IMG/VR virus record: IMGVR_UViG_3300024346_000003
Length of the DNA stretch: 64,000 nucleotides
Strand: one strand, 5' to 3'
DNA from: a virus
Taxonomy: Duplodnaviria; Caudoviricetes
A program made the position numbers and the translations under genes. The notes under the pieces are model-generated. The model made no database searches, was not told the DNA's origin, and saw only the letters and a program-made list of their open reading frames with translations. Shown here piece after piece: positions 18,625 to 28,386 of the stretch; within the stretch, counting starts at the first letter, position 1, and every line of letters begins with the position of its first letter.

Positions 18625-19380
18625 ATGAAAGATTTTATTCAAAATAGATTAAGAATATTAATAGAAGATGTATCTGATAGAGATAGTGACTTAAATGTAC
18701 CACCAATTATTAAATATGGTGGCCCTTCCCATGGGTATGAAGCTGAAGATATATATTTTATGTTAAATGCTGCAACTCAACTAGCTAATCAAATGCCACC
18801 AGAAACTATAGCAATTACATATGGTAATGGTGGATATGAATATATGCTATCACAAACCAGAGATGGTAATTTTATATTTAGAGGTAAACCAACAACAAAA
18901 TATTTTGAACCTGGTGATTTTAAATTATCAGATAATGGTAAAACATTATACATGTATACTATGGCATGTTCAAAATATTCAGATACACCATGTACAACAA
19001 TATACAATCCAATGGTTGATTCAAAAATAAAAGTATTAGTTGACCCAAGTATGAAACAAGCTATTATTGATTTCGTTAAAGGCGGTTCTAGTTATTTAGA
19101 TGATAAAGGTGTTGAAATACAAGCAGCTAAAATGTCACCAGATGAATTAGAAAGATTAGCTGGTAAAGAAGATTTATATGCAAAACGAGGTCAACAACAA
19201 AAAAGCTTCGATGATACTGAACTTGAACTTAGGGAAAAACTGAATGATTTGAAACTAGCTAGACTAAATTCAAAAGACCAATCAGAAGTTAAAAAAATTA
19301 GAGGTATTGAAGGTCAGTTAATGGTTCAATTAAAAGCAATTGAAAAAGAAAAAAATAAAAGAAGAAGCAGTAATATATGA
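18625..19380 (+). CDS. hypothetical late protein
   Basis: 251-aa ORF after ATATTTAT (18608-18615). Confidence 0.7.
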   Translation: MKDFIQNRLRILIEDVSDRDSDLNVPPIIKYGGPSHGYEAEDIYFMLNAATQLANQMPPETIAITYGNGGYEYMLSQTRDGNFIFRGKPTTKYFEPGDFKLSDNGKTLYMYTMACSKYSDTPCTTIYNPMVDSKIKVLVDPSMKQAIIDFVKGGSSYLDDKGVEIQAAKMSPDELERLAGKEDLYAKRGQQQKSFDDTELELREKLNDLKLARLNSKDQSEVKKIRGIEGQLMVQLKAIEKEKNKRRSSNI

Positions 19381-19775
19381 AATCATTTATAAAACAATTA
19401 CTTAATGAAGAATTTGAAACAATGCCAAAAAAAGCAATTGTCCAAAAATTCATGGATTTTGTTATTGACCATCTAGGTATTAATGATAAGGTAAATGCTA
19501 TTCTAACAAATGAAAAAGATGGTATCAAAACTACCGCAGTTTACGATAGTTCAGATGGTTCCATAAAAATCTATATTAAAAATAGAGCAATTGTTGATAT
19601 ATTAAGGTCACTAGCACATGAAATGGTTCACCATAAACAAAGACAACGTGGTGACCTTGAAAATAACCCAACAGCTGGTGATGACGGTTCGCCAGAAGAA
19701 AATGAAGCAAACGCTAAAGCTGGTGAATTAATTAGAATATTTGGTAAACAAAATCCTGAAATTTACGAATCTTAA
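19377..19775 (+). CDS. HExxH zincin-like protein
   Basis: RSLAHEMVHHKQ with downstream ENEANAKAG. Confidence 0.7.
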   Translation: MKSFIKQLLNEEFETMPKKAIVQKFMDFVIDHLGINDKVNAILTNEKDGIKTTAVYDSSDGSIKIYIKNRAIVDILRSLAHEMVHHKQRQRGDLENNPTAGDDGSPEENEANAKAGELIRIFGKQNPEIYES

Positions 19776-20917
19776 AAGATATCATTTAAATTAAAAATGT
19801 CATCTAACATTACACTATTAGATAGTTCACCTAAATCTTTATATACACTCTTATTACATTTATCTAGTTCAGATATTACTAAATCATACAACTCTTTAGG
19901 TGCTTCACAATTTTTATAACCCCTAAATTGTCCTATAATTAACTCTAAATTACCCTTAACCCACTTGTGTCTTAATTCTAACGTGTAACCATCGATATGA
20001 TATATAGCACAGCTACCGTTTTCAACCTTACTTATGTATGTGGCAACACAATGGTTATTAACCCTACCTTCATGAGCCATTTCTTTAGATGTTTTTAAAA
20101 TTTTAAATCCACTTTTTTCTGAAAAATCCAAATATTTCTCAGAAATGCTAAGCTCCCTATCACCATCAATAAAAACAACATCAGTTATCTCCCTGGCCCA
20201 AGTATCATGCTCTAATTTCAAACGCTTTGCTGACCAAGAACAATTAACTTTCTTATTTAATGTTTTGGCCATTTTAACTGTATCGTAAAATAACCCAAAA
20301 TCATATTTAGGTAATGTGTTATGTAAGTTATCAATATTAATCATATATTCAACGTAAAATCTTAAATAAATTACACGACTATCACTTTTAGTCAACTCAT
20401 ATAAAATTTTAGCACAAGGTAATGGAACTTTATACTGATATCTTAGTGCTTTATCAAGTGAAAATAGTTTTTTACTATATATAGTACTTAATGAAGTGCT
20501 ATGAATAACATTATGTTCAGTTAAATACCTAAGCCATGGTAATCGCTTAATCATTTCGGTTATTACAATATTACTATTTTGACAACTTAATAGATTTGCG
20601 AAAACTAAAGGTTTTATATTCTTACCACTTTTGTAATAAAACTTATTAGCCCTTTTCATAATAGAAAATTCACGACTTTCTCTATTATACATTTTATCAG
20701 TTTTACTAATACCATACTTCCTTACAAATTGTACAATATCAAAATCACCATTTGGTTCATCAAAAACTACTAATCTGGTACTTTTAAAAATATGTGAATC
20801 GTCATTCATATAGTAAACCCTAGCCTTAAATTTATCCTTCGCATAAATCCTAAACAATGTATCAACAACTGGTGATTGATGCGAATATAATTCTGTATAA
20901 ACAAATTCTTTACTCAT
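19772..20917 (-). CDS. PcfJ-like domain protein
   Basis: C-terminal EMAHEG..NNHCVATY...GQFRGYKN motif. Confidence 0.7.
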   Translation of the reverse strand: MSKEFVYTELYSHQSPVVDTLFRIYAKDKFKARVYYMNDDSHIFKSTRLVVFDEPNGDFDIVQFVRKYGISKTDKMYNRESREFSIMKRANKFYYKSGKNIKPLVFANLLSCQNSNIVITEMIKRLPWLRYLTEHNVIHSTSLSTIYSKKLFSLDKALRYQYKVPLPCAKILYELTKSDSRVIYLRFYVEYMINIDNLHNTLPKYDFGLFYDTVKMAKTLNKKVNCSWSAKRLKLEHDTWAREITDVVFIDGDRELSISEKYLDFSEKSGFKILKTSKEMAHEGRVNNHCVATYISKVENGSCAIYHIDGYTLELRHKWVKGNLELIIGQFRGYKNCEAPKELYDLVISELDKCNKSVYKDLGELSNSVMLDDIFNLNDIF

Positions 20918-21033
20918 AATAATAATTTTTAGTCTTGCAAATATACAAATAATTTATTCATAAACAAAATTATTTTTATTTTTTTTGCATAATTGAAAAA
21001 TAAATACTATATTTGTATCCTAAATTAAATGTT

Positions 21034-21291
21034 ATGCCAGATTTTTATGTAGATAGTCTTGATATAAGCCCATCAGATTTTATCGAGGAGTGCTCAAGTA
21101 GTGAAATTACCCAATTAATTGAAATATTAATTGAAGACGGTTATATTGATACTAAAACAGTTATCAAAGGTGATAACCAAAACCCTGATGATGAATTATT
21201 TGCACAATCATTACTCAAAATATCAGAATATAAATACCGATTAACTAATGAGGAAGAAGAACTTATTAATAAAATTGCAAATAGACTATGA
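21034..21291 (+). CDS. hypothetical protein
   Basis: first ATG after a TATATTTG promoter. Confidence 0.65.
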   Translation: MPDFYVDSLDISPSDFIEECSSSEITQLIEILIEDGYIDTKTVIKGDNQNPDDELFAQSLLKISEYKYRLTNEEEELINKIANRL

Positions 21292-21635
21292 AAATATCAT
21301 TTGACTTTGATTCAACCCTTACTGAGGAAAACAATCAGAAATTAGCAAAGAAATTTATTGATGATGGTCATGAAGTGTGGATTACAACATCCAGATTATC
21401 ATCAGACCATGGTAGGTCAAAAGGGTGGCCATGGATTATCACCCAAAATGATAAATTATTTGCAATTGCTAAAGACTTAGGAATTCCAGAAGATAAAATT
21501 AAATTCACAGAAGGTGATGATAAATGGAAATCTTTATATACCTTTGACATTCACTTTGATGATGATGATGTGGAAATTGAACTAATCAATGAAAACCTAC
21601 CTGATTGTTGTGGTATATTATTGTATAAAAAATAA
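21288..21635 (+). CDS. HAD-superfamily protein
   Basis: ISFDFDSTL motif I and HFDDD motif. Confidence 0.7.
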   Translation: MKISFDFDSTLTEENNQKLAKKFIDDGHEVWITTSRLSSDHGRSKGWPWIITQNDKLFAIAKDLGIPEDKIKFTEGDDKWKSLYTFDIHFDDDDVEIELINENLPDCCGILLYKK

Positions 21636-21642
21636 ATTAACT

Positions 21643-21855
21643 ATGAGGGATACAAAATATAAAACAATAACGATTACGGTGGAATTATCTGAATTTGCGT
21701 ATACACATAGGCATGAAATCGATGAATTAACTACAAGATTAATTAGAGAGACTAGTAGAAAAATAAATAGAACTATCAAATCACATAATAGATTTAAAGA
21801 TTATAAAATTAATGCTGATAGTATAACAATTAAAACATTTCCAAATAATATATAG
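21643..21855 (+). CDS. hypothetical protein
   Basis: 70-aa ORF in operon. Confidence 0.55.
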   Translation: MRDTKYKTITITVELSEFAYTHRHEIDELTTRLIRETSRKINRTIKSHNRFKDYKINADSITIKTFPNNI

Positions 21856-21856
21856 T

Positions 21857-22723
21857 ATGTTAGAATTAAATTTAGTAAATCAAGAAGCAAGTGATATTAA
21901 ATATAAAATATCCAAATTCCCAGATGGTCAACAAGATGTTACCATCATAAACTTAGGTATCACAAATGAAGTTATGATTAAATCAGAATTCAATAACTTT
22001 AAAGATTTGGAGTTAATCTTATGTGCAACAAAAGCACTTAAAAATATGCAAGTTGAAAGAATTCACTTATATATCCCATATATTCTTGGGGCTAGAAGTG
22101 ATAGACAATTTGTTCATGGTGGCACATCCTACTTAAGAGATATAATCGCACCAATATTAAATGCTCAAAATTATATAACAGTTACATGCATAGATGCACA
22201 TAGTGATGTTGCAGCAGCTTGTATCAATAATTTAACAGTTAATGATAATTCTTGGTTCGTTAAAACAGCATTAAATAAAAATGGTAAAAATATTAATGAA
22301 TTTACATTAGTATCACCAGATGCTGGAGCCCTTAAAAAAATCTATAATTTAGGTGAAAAATTAGATTATAAAAAAGAGATGTTAATAGCATCTAAACATA
22401 GGGATATTGAAAGTGGTCAAATCATTAGTACATATGTACCACTTAAAGCTGGTGAACACACACATAATAATTTCTTAATCGTTGACGATATCTGTGACGG
22501 TGGTAGAACATTTATTGAAATTGCAAAAGCAATCCACGAAATGAGACCAGATGCTAAAGTATCACTAGCAGTAACACATGGCATCTTCTCAAAAAACCTT
22601 TTGGAATTAAGTCACCATATTGAACATATCTATTGTACAGACTCAGTTAAAGAGATTAATGTTGATTCATATTCTGACTATACTGTTGATAATAGTTTCA
22701 TGACTCAAATTAACGTATATTAA
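21857..22723 (+). CDS. ribose-phosphate pyrophosphokinase-like protein (Adps-like)
   Basis: KFPDGQ, IPYILGARSDR, DAHS, VSPDAGA, IVDDICDGGRTF, VTHGIFS. Confidence 0.9.
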   Translation: MLELNLVNQEASDIKYKISKFPDGQQDVTIINLGITNEVMIKSEFNNFKDLELILCATKALKNMQVERIHLYIPYILGARSDRQFVHGGTSYLRDIIAPILNAQNYITVTCIDAHSDVAAACINNLTVNDNSWFVKTALNKNGKNINEFTLVSPDAGALKKIYNLGEKLDYKKEMLIASKHRDIESGQIISTYVPLKAGEHTHNNFLIVDDICDGGRTFIEIAKAIHEMRPDAKVSLAVTHGIFSKNLLELSHHIEHIYCTDSVKEINVDSYSDYTVDNSFMTQINVY

Positions 22724-22724
22724 T

Positions 22725-23204
22725 ATGAAGGAAATTAAACCACCACACTCAATAATGAAAAACTCAGAAAAAAATTATACAAAGATTTTTTTAGCTGGGA
22801 CTATTGAGATGGGTAATTCTGAAGATTGGCAAACCAAAATATCGGAACTGTTATCCGATAAACCCTTCACAATACTAAACCCAAGACGTGTTGATTGGGA
22901 CTCATCATGGTCTCAAGAATTTGAGAACCCACAGTTCTACCAACAAGTTACCTGGGAATTAAATGCCCTAGATAAAGCTGATATTATTATCTTATACCTA
23001 TTGCCAGACTCAAAATCACCAATATCATTACTAGAACTAGGCCTATATGCCGCTAGTGGTAAATTATTAGTGTGTTGCCCTAAAGGATTCTGGAGAAAAG
23101 GTAATGTAGACATCGTTTGTGAACGATTTAATATACCAATTTACGATAATATCGGCGAATTGTTGCATAATAACTTTTTTATTACTAACTTTGAAGAAAA
23201 ATAA
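22725..23204 (+). CDS. nucleoside 2-deoxyribosyltransferase-like protein
   Basis: IFLAGTI, ILNPRR, QVTWELNALDKAD, SPISLLELG. Confidence 0.75.
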   Translation: MKEIKPPHSIMKNSEKNYTKIFLAGTIEMGNSEDWQTKISELLSDKPFTILNPRRVDWDSSWSQEFENPQFYQQVTWELNALDKADIIILYLLPDSKSPISLLELGLYAASGKLLVCCPKGFWRKGNVDIVCERFNIPIYDNIGELLHNNFFITNFEEK

Positions 23205-23210
23205 ATAAAT

Positions 23211-24719
23211 ATGAGAATTAATCCTTTATTACTTACTGATGGGTATAAAACTGCACATCATAATATGTACCCAAAAGGTACAACACTAGTTTATTCAAAC
23301 TTTACACCAAGAACCAATAAATACGCACCAAAAGGTTGTGACCAAGTTATGTCATTTGGTCAACAAATGATTATGAAAATTATCCATGAAGCATTTCAAG
23401 ATGATTTCTTCTCACAACCAAAAGATGTGGTATGCGGTGAAATGAAACGTGAATTATCAATGTATTTAAATACAGATTATGATGTATCACACTTTGAAGA
23501 CCTTTGGGACTTGCAATACTTACCAATTAATGTAAAATCAATCGAAGAAGGTACTTTAGTGGGTATTAAAATTCCAGTATTGACAATTTATAATACACAT
23601 CCAGATTTTTATTGGATTACAAATTACTTGGAAACAATAATATCAAATCTATTGTGGAAACCAATAACTTCAGCATCAATTGCACATACATACCGTAAAG
23701 TGTTAACCAAATGGCAAGAAAAAACCGATTCTGAAAAATCATGGTTCATTGATTGGCAAGGACACGATTTCTCAATGAGAGGTATGGACTCAATCGATGC
23801 AACAATCTCATCTGGCCTTGGACACCTAACATCATTCTCAGGTTCCGATAGCTTACCAGCAATCTATGGTGCAAGAAAATACTATAATGAAACTGGATTT
23901 ATCTCTGGCTCAGTTAATGCAACAGAACACTCCGTAATGTGCGCTGGAACTAAAGATGATGAAATTGGAACATTCCGCAACCTTATGGAAACTTACCCAA
24001 CTGGTATCCTATCTATAGTATCAGATACTTGGGACTTGTGGAAAGTATGTACAGAACATATTGTTACTTTAAAAGAAGAAATTTTGGCTCGTGACGGTAA
24101 ATTAGTTATTCGTCCTGACTCTGGTGACCCAGTGGATATTCTTTGTGGTTGGGGCATACCTAATCAAACGTATAGTTTTACACCAGGTGAAAAAGTAGAC
24201 CCAGCATTTAAAGGAGTTATCGAATTGCTTTGGGATGTATTCGGTGGAACAATCAACGAACAAGGTTATAAAGTTCTTGACCCACACATTGGTGCAATCT
24301 ATGGTGATTCAATCACAATCGATAGAGCAGATGAAATCTGTGCTAGATTAGAAGCAAAAGGTTTCGCATCAACAAACGTAGTATTAGGTATCGGTTCATT
24401 CACTTATCAATACAACACTAGAGATACTTTCGGATTTGCAATGAAAGCAACATACGTTGAAGTTAATAAACCTAAGTTTGATGGTGACTTTAACCCTGAA
24501 GGTAGAGAAATCTTCAAAGACCCAATCACAGATGATGGAACCAAGAAATCAGCAACTGGATTATTGTACGTTACAAAAATATTGAATGAGTATTTTTTAG
24601 TTGATAGAGTAACTTGGGGCGAAGAAGAAGGTGGTGAATTACAAACAATCTACAAAGATGGTGAATTCTTAAATCAAACAACACTTACCGAAATTAGAAA
24701 TAGAACCAAAAACTTATGA
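23211..24719 (+). CDS. nicotinamide phosphoribosyltransferase-like protein (NAMPT/Namat-like)
   Basis: LTDGYK, HDFSMRG, ATEHSVM, SIVSDTWD, VIRPDSGDP, IYGDSIT, TRDTFGFAMKAT, KKSATG. Confidence 0.92.
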   Translation: MRINPLLLTDGYKTAHHNMYPKGTTLVYSNFTPRTNKYAPKGCDQVMSFGQQMIMKIIHEAFQDDFFSQPKDVVCGEMKRELSMYLNTDYDVSHFEDLWDLQYLPINVKSIEEGTLVGIKIPVLTIYNTHPDFYWITNYLETIISNLLWKPITSASIAHTYRKVLTKWQEKTDSEKSWFIDWQGHDFSMRGMDSIDATISSGLGHLTSFSGSDSLPAIYGARKYYNETGFISGSVNATEHSVMCAGTKDDEIGTFRNLMETYPTGILSIVSDTWDLWKVCTEHIVTLKEEILARDGKLVIRPDSGDPVDILCGWGIPNQTYSFTPGEKVDPAFKGVIELLWDVFGGTINEQGYKVLDPHIGAIYGDSITIDRADEICARLEAKGFASTNVVLGIGSFTYQYNTRDTFGFAMKATYVEVNKPKFDGDFNPEGREIFKDPITDDGTKKSATGLLYVTKILNEYFLVDRVTWGEEEGGELQTIYKDGEFLNQTTLTEIRNRTKNL

Positions 24720-24910
24720 AAAAATATTATCTACAAGTGATAGGTGGTGGTGTATATAAGTATGAAGTTTATGCAACATCATTTCACACACAAACAGCTG
24801 GCTCAACATCATTAGGGTATTATGCATTTTATGATGGTAAGAGCTTGGTGGCATGCTACCCAATTGATAGAACACTAATTGTAAGAATAGATGAAGACGC
24901 TGAAGTTTAA
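24716..24910 (+). CDS. hypothetical protein
   Basis: 64-aa ORF, ATGA-coupled. Confidence 0.6.
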   Translation: MKKYYLQVIGGGVYKYEVYATSFHTQTAGSTSLGYYAFYDGKSLVACYPIDRTLIVRIDEDAEV

Positions 24911-25235
24911 TAAAGAAAATGATAACCGTTGGTATGTGGACCTCCCAGAATGGGAAGGTCCCAAAGCCGACCTGGAAATGGTTAGCGGTGCTGACACCAT
25001 GCTAGATATTATCGCACAAGGTGAAGGTACAACAACACTATACATGGACACCGAATATCATGACGGTTTCGAAACACTACAGCTAAATAGATTAGCAACC
25101 GAATTAGGTAATGGTGCATACTACACAATGGAAAAATATCAAGGGATTGACTTTGACCTGGAAATGTGGCTATGCGATGTAACCAAATTTGTATTTGATG
25201 AATTCCCAACTAAAATATATTTTGTAAAATTATGA
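24891..25235 (+). CDS. hypothetical phage protein
   Basis: 114-aa ORF; WYVDLPEW..LEMVSGADTMLD motif. Confidence 0.7.
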   Translation: MKTLKFNKENDNRWYVDLPEWEGPKADLEMVSGADTMLDIIAQGEGTTTLYMDTEYHDGFETLQLNRLATELGNGAYYTMEKYQGIDFDLEMWLCDVTKFVFDEFPTKIYFVKL

Positions 25236-25432
25236 AAGATTTAATAGAAGCACTTACAATATTCCTTAAATATAAGGATGAAGAACGACCAACACACTGC
25301 GAACATGATACCCTATATATTATGGGTGTCGAAGAAGATGAAGTGTCAGAAGAAGATAAAAAAAGACTAGATGAACTTGGATTTTACTTTGGTGATGATT
25401 GCTGGGTATCATATAAATACGGCTCAGCCTAA
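25232..25432 (+). CDS. hypothetical phage protein
   Basis: 66-aa ORF with PTHCEHD motif. Confidence 0.7.
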   Translation: MKDLIEALTIFLKYKDEERPTHCEHDTLYIMGVEEDEVSEEDKKRLDELGFYFGDDCWVSYKYGSA

Positions 25433-25447
25433 ACTAAAATAAAAATT

Positions 25448-25840
25448 ATGGGATTAATAATAAACGCAGATAAAATAGAAAAAATATATATCACCAAAAC
25501 TAGACAGTCACCTTATGTTAGGTTTTATAAAGCAACACCAGATAAATATATTTTTTTTGGTCTAATAAAAAGTGAAAGTGCTGAAAGTGAATATTGGAGA
25601 TTAAATTGGGAAGGAAGATTCGAAACAAGACAAGATTTGGTAAATAATAACCCAAAAAAGTTTTATATAAATGATGACGCATTATTTCACTGCTCAATAT
25701 GGGAAAAACCAAATCTATATATCATAATGTCAAAAAGTGATAATGTCACAAGATACTATGACACAATTGAAGAACTAAATAAATCAGTAGATGATATTAT
25801 TAGGGCATCAAAAAACAACCTGATAGTTATAGAAGATTAA
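25448..25840 (+). CDS. hypothetical protein
   Basis: 130-aa ORF. Confidence 0.65.
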   Translation: MGLIINADKIEKIYITKTRQSPYVRFYKATPDKYIFFGLIKSESAESEYWRLNWEGRFETRQDLVNNNPKKFYINDDALFHCSIWEKPNLYIIMSKSDNVTRYYDTIEELNKSVDDIIRASKNNLIVIED

Positions 25841-25857
25841 TTATCGACCATTATATA

Positions 25858-25884
25858 AAAAACCCAGATTAAGTCTGGGTTTTT
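25858..25884. terminator. bidirectional terminator
   Basis: AAAAACCCAGA-TTAAG-TCTGGGTTTTT between convergent genes. Confidence 0.8.
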
Positions 25885-25889
25885 TATTA

Positions 25890-26705
25890 TTACTTCAACG
25901 TATCCAATAAACTTATAATGGTGTCGTAATACTCAAAATCATTATTATTCCTGGCACCATAGTACATCTCATTGGCCAATTTATACGCACCACCAAAATC
26001 TTCAATCTTAGGATTAGCCTGGAAAAATCCCCTCAATAAATCATACTTAGAATCATCAGGTATAGAATCAAATATCGAAAACTTAACCTCCTTCTTCTCC
26101 TCACCATGGAAACTAGGAACATCATACCCAACAACCTTAACATACCTAGTATTACTTATCCTAAACTCCAACCCATAATTACCATTCCAAACAATATTTA
26201 ACTTGTTGTTCAAATCAGCTGGTATCAAACTAAATACAAACGTCCTCTGATTACCCTCACTATTATTATCCTCAATGTTTTTTAATATTCCCCTTAACTT
26301 ATCTTCAGTCATACTAGGATTGGCCTTCTTAACCTCCTCAAAGAATGTAACAAAACCACCATAGAAATAATTCTCAACCTGAGTCTCCAAATGATAATCA
26401 TTACCCAAAACAGATTTTGCAATATCCATATTCAAATATAAAAACCTATCAACACTGGTAATGTAAAACTTAATAATGATTGGGTCATTCACTTCACCCT
26501 TTCTAGCATACCTAAACGCATGGTCATAATCGTAAAAACCATATAACCCCTTCCCTTGCATTGACCTTGAACCAATATTCAAACCACTCTGCTTTATAGA
26601 CTCCAAATTTGACATAGAGGTAACATGATACCCAAATAATGAACTACCATCGTACTCCTCACCCAATAAACTCTCCCTTAATAACTTTTTAATGTGATGC
26701 TTCAT
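25890..26705 (-). CDS. ADP-ribosyltransferase-fold-like protein
   Basis: GYHVTS..NLESIKQSGL...GKGLYG...A.RYA pattern; MKHHIKKLLRE leader. Confidence 0.55.
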   Translation of the reverse strand: MKHHIKKLLRESLLGEEYDGSSLFGYHVTSMSNLESIKQSGLNIGSRSMQGKGLYGFYDYDHAFRYARKGEVNDPIIIKFYITSVDRFLYLNMDIAKSVLGNDYHLETQVENYFYGGFVTFFEEVKKANPSMTEDKLRGILKNIEDNNSEGNQRTFVFSLIPADLNNKLNIVWNGNYGLEFRISNTRYVKVVGYDVPSFHGEEKKEVKFSIFDSIPDDSKYDLLRGFFQANPKIEDFGGAYKLANEMYYGARNNNDFEYYDTIISLLDTLK

Positions 26706-26707
26706 AA

Positions 26708-27325
26708 TTATTTTATATTATATATAACACTACCATATCTGGCATTGTCTAAATCTGTTCCCCTAACATCAACACCATCAAAGCCAATATACCTCATAAG
26801 CGTTGTTGATGGTGAATCATTATTATTTGAGTGAATTTTATTAATGATGTCTTTAATAATATTTTTATTATATGAACTAATTTTAATATTATCATTAAAC
26901 TCATCATTAAATTTTATCTTATCCTCATCACTTAAATTATTATAAGCATCGTTATTTCTAATATGACCAAAATTATCAACCGATTTCTTTAATTTACCAA
27001 AATGACGCAAAACACTTTCAATTGAATAGTCTAAATCACTATCCGATGAAAAATTATTAACCCCAGATAATAAATCATGTAATTTATAATCACCCTTGGC
27101 TAAATTATACCCATCTAAATTAATAACACTAACACCCCTGTTGCCAGTAATTTTACTATACTCCTTAGCATCACCCTCATTACCAAAAAAATAAAACCCA
27201 GTCCCAAAATGACCCGTACTCCTAATAGTATTACTAAACATTGATTTAACCTCAGCCTTATTAATTAAATCACCAGCCCTATAACCAAAATTCTCCCTTA
27301 ATAACTTTTTAATGTGATGCTTCAT
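26708..27325 (-). CDS. ADP-ribosyltransferase-fold-like protein
   Basis: GYRAG...GHFGTGFYF..AKEYS...GFDGV pattern; identical MKHHIKKLLRE leader. Confidence 0.5.
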   Translation of the reverse strand: MKHHIKKLLRENFGYRAGDLINKAEVKSMFSNTIRSTGHFGTGFYFFGNEGDAKEYSKITGNRGVSVINLDGYNLAKGDYKLHDLLSGVNNFSSDSDLDYSIESVLRHFGKLKKSVDNFGHIRNNDAYNNLSDEDKIKFNDEFNDNIKISSYNKNIIKDIINKIHSNNNDSPSTTLMRYIGFDGVDVRGTDLDNARYGSVIYNIK

Positions 27326-27386
27326 ATAAGATAAATATATTAAAGAGTGTAAAAATTTTTTTTAATATTTATATATAAAAATAGTT

Positions 27387-27791
27387 ATGATTGAAAAAAA
27401 ATTTATAAGTTACGAACCTAAAACAAAAAATAGATTCGTTGTCGAATTCCCAACAGAATGTAATATACAAGAATTTACCGTAAAGACAATTACAAACCCT
27501 AAATACATTAATGGCGAATGGCAAGATATTCATATCACATTTTGTGACCCATTAGCGGCATCAACAACACTAGGGTTATATAAATTAATAGAATATGTCC
27601 GCACCAATAATCAAAGATTCACAATCAAAATAAAATCATTGGACCCAACTGGTGTAAATGTTGAAACCTGGTTAATTATTGGTGGAGATACTTTCACAAT
27701 AGACTTTGGAAACCTAGATTATTCAAGTGATGAAGTTCAAATAATAAAAATGAGTTTAACACCCATACATTGTCGTATAGAATCTAAATAA
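27387..27791 (+). CDS. tail tube (T4 gp19-like) paralog
   Basis: YEPKTKNRF, WQDIHITFCDP, LDPTGVNVETW, FGNLDYSSDE pattern of myovirus tube proteins. Confidence 0.7.
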   Translation: MIEKKFISYEPKTKNRFVVEFPTECNIQEFTVKTITNPKYINGEWQDIHITFCDPLAASTTLGLYKLIEYVRTNNQRFTIKIKSLDPTGVNVETWLIIGGDTFTIDFGNLDYSSDEVQIIKMSLTPIHCRIESK

Positions 27792-27808
27792 TATAAGACC
27801 TTAATTTT

Positions 27809-28038
27809 TAACCCAAAATTTACCCAAAAAATTTTTTACATATAAGGGGGTCAAATATTACTGAGAGAAATTTGCCCAAAAAATTTTAGAGAGATATAAG
27901 AGACCTAAACATAGATGAAAAAATTTGCCAAAAAAATTTGCTTACAAATCCGAGTGCCCATATAGCACTCCGAACGGGGGGGGTGCAAAGAGGGTTCACG
28001 GAGGGGGGGCTATGGGGGGTATTTGCACCCCCTCCCCT
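27809..28038. repeat. A-tract direct repeats plus G-rich inverted repeat
   Basis: three AATTT(A/G)CC(C)AAAAA(A)TTT units; 11-bp stem GGGGGTGCAAA (27979-27989)/TTTGCACCCCC (28022-28032) around G-runs. Confidence 0.8.
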
Positions 28039-28041
28039 ATG

Positions 28042-28257
28042 TTATACCTTAGCTTCGTTCTCAAGCACTTTCAAGCATTCAGGGCATCCTACTTCTTCTA
28101 TACCTGAATAACTAGCGTGGTTGCTGCTTAATGCGGGTGTACCACATAAATTTCCAACTCCTGACTTGTAAGCGTGTGCCGTGTTTGACCATACGTTACC
28201 TTTATTTCCAAAAATTGAAAATTCGCTACCTAGTGTGTTGATGTTTACCTTTTCCAT
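28042..28257 (-). CDS. early hypothetical protein
   Basis: ATG directly after promoter module. Confidence 0.7.
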   Translation of the reverse strand: MEKVNINTLGSEFSIFGNKGNVWSNTAHAYKSGVGNLCGTPALSSNHASYSGIEEVGCPECLKVLENEAKV

Positions 28258-28386
28258 AATTTCAATTGTTTTAATTAGACAATACAAATATACAAATATT
28301 ATTCTATATAAACAAATTATTTAGCAATAAAGTTATTAACAAAAAAAAGTCCCATTTAGGGACTTTCTAATTTGATTAGTTTCTAA

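Noticed and set aside
27925-28107. 60-aa plus-strand ORF
   Set aside because: It merely reads through the G-rich hairpin; no promoter or plausible start context.
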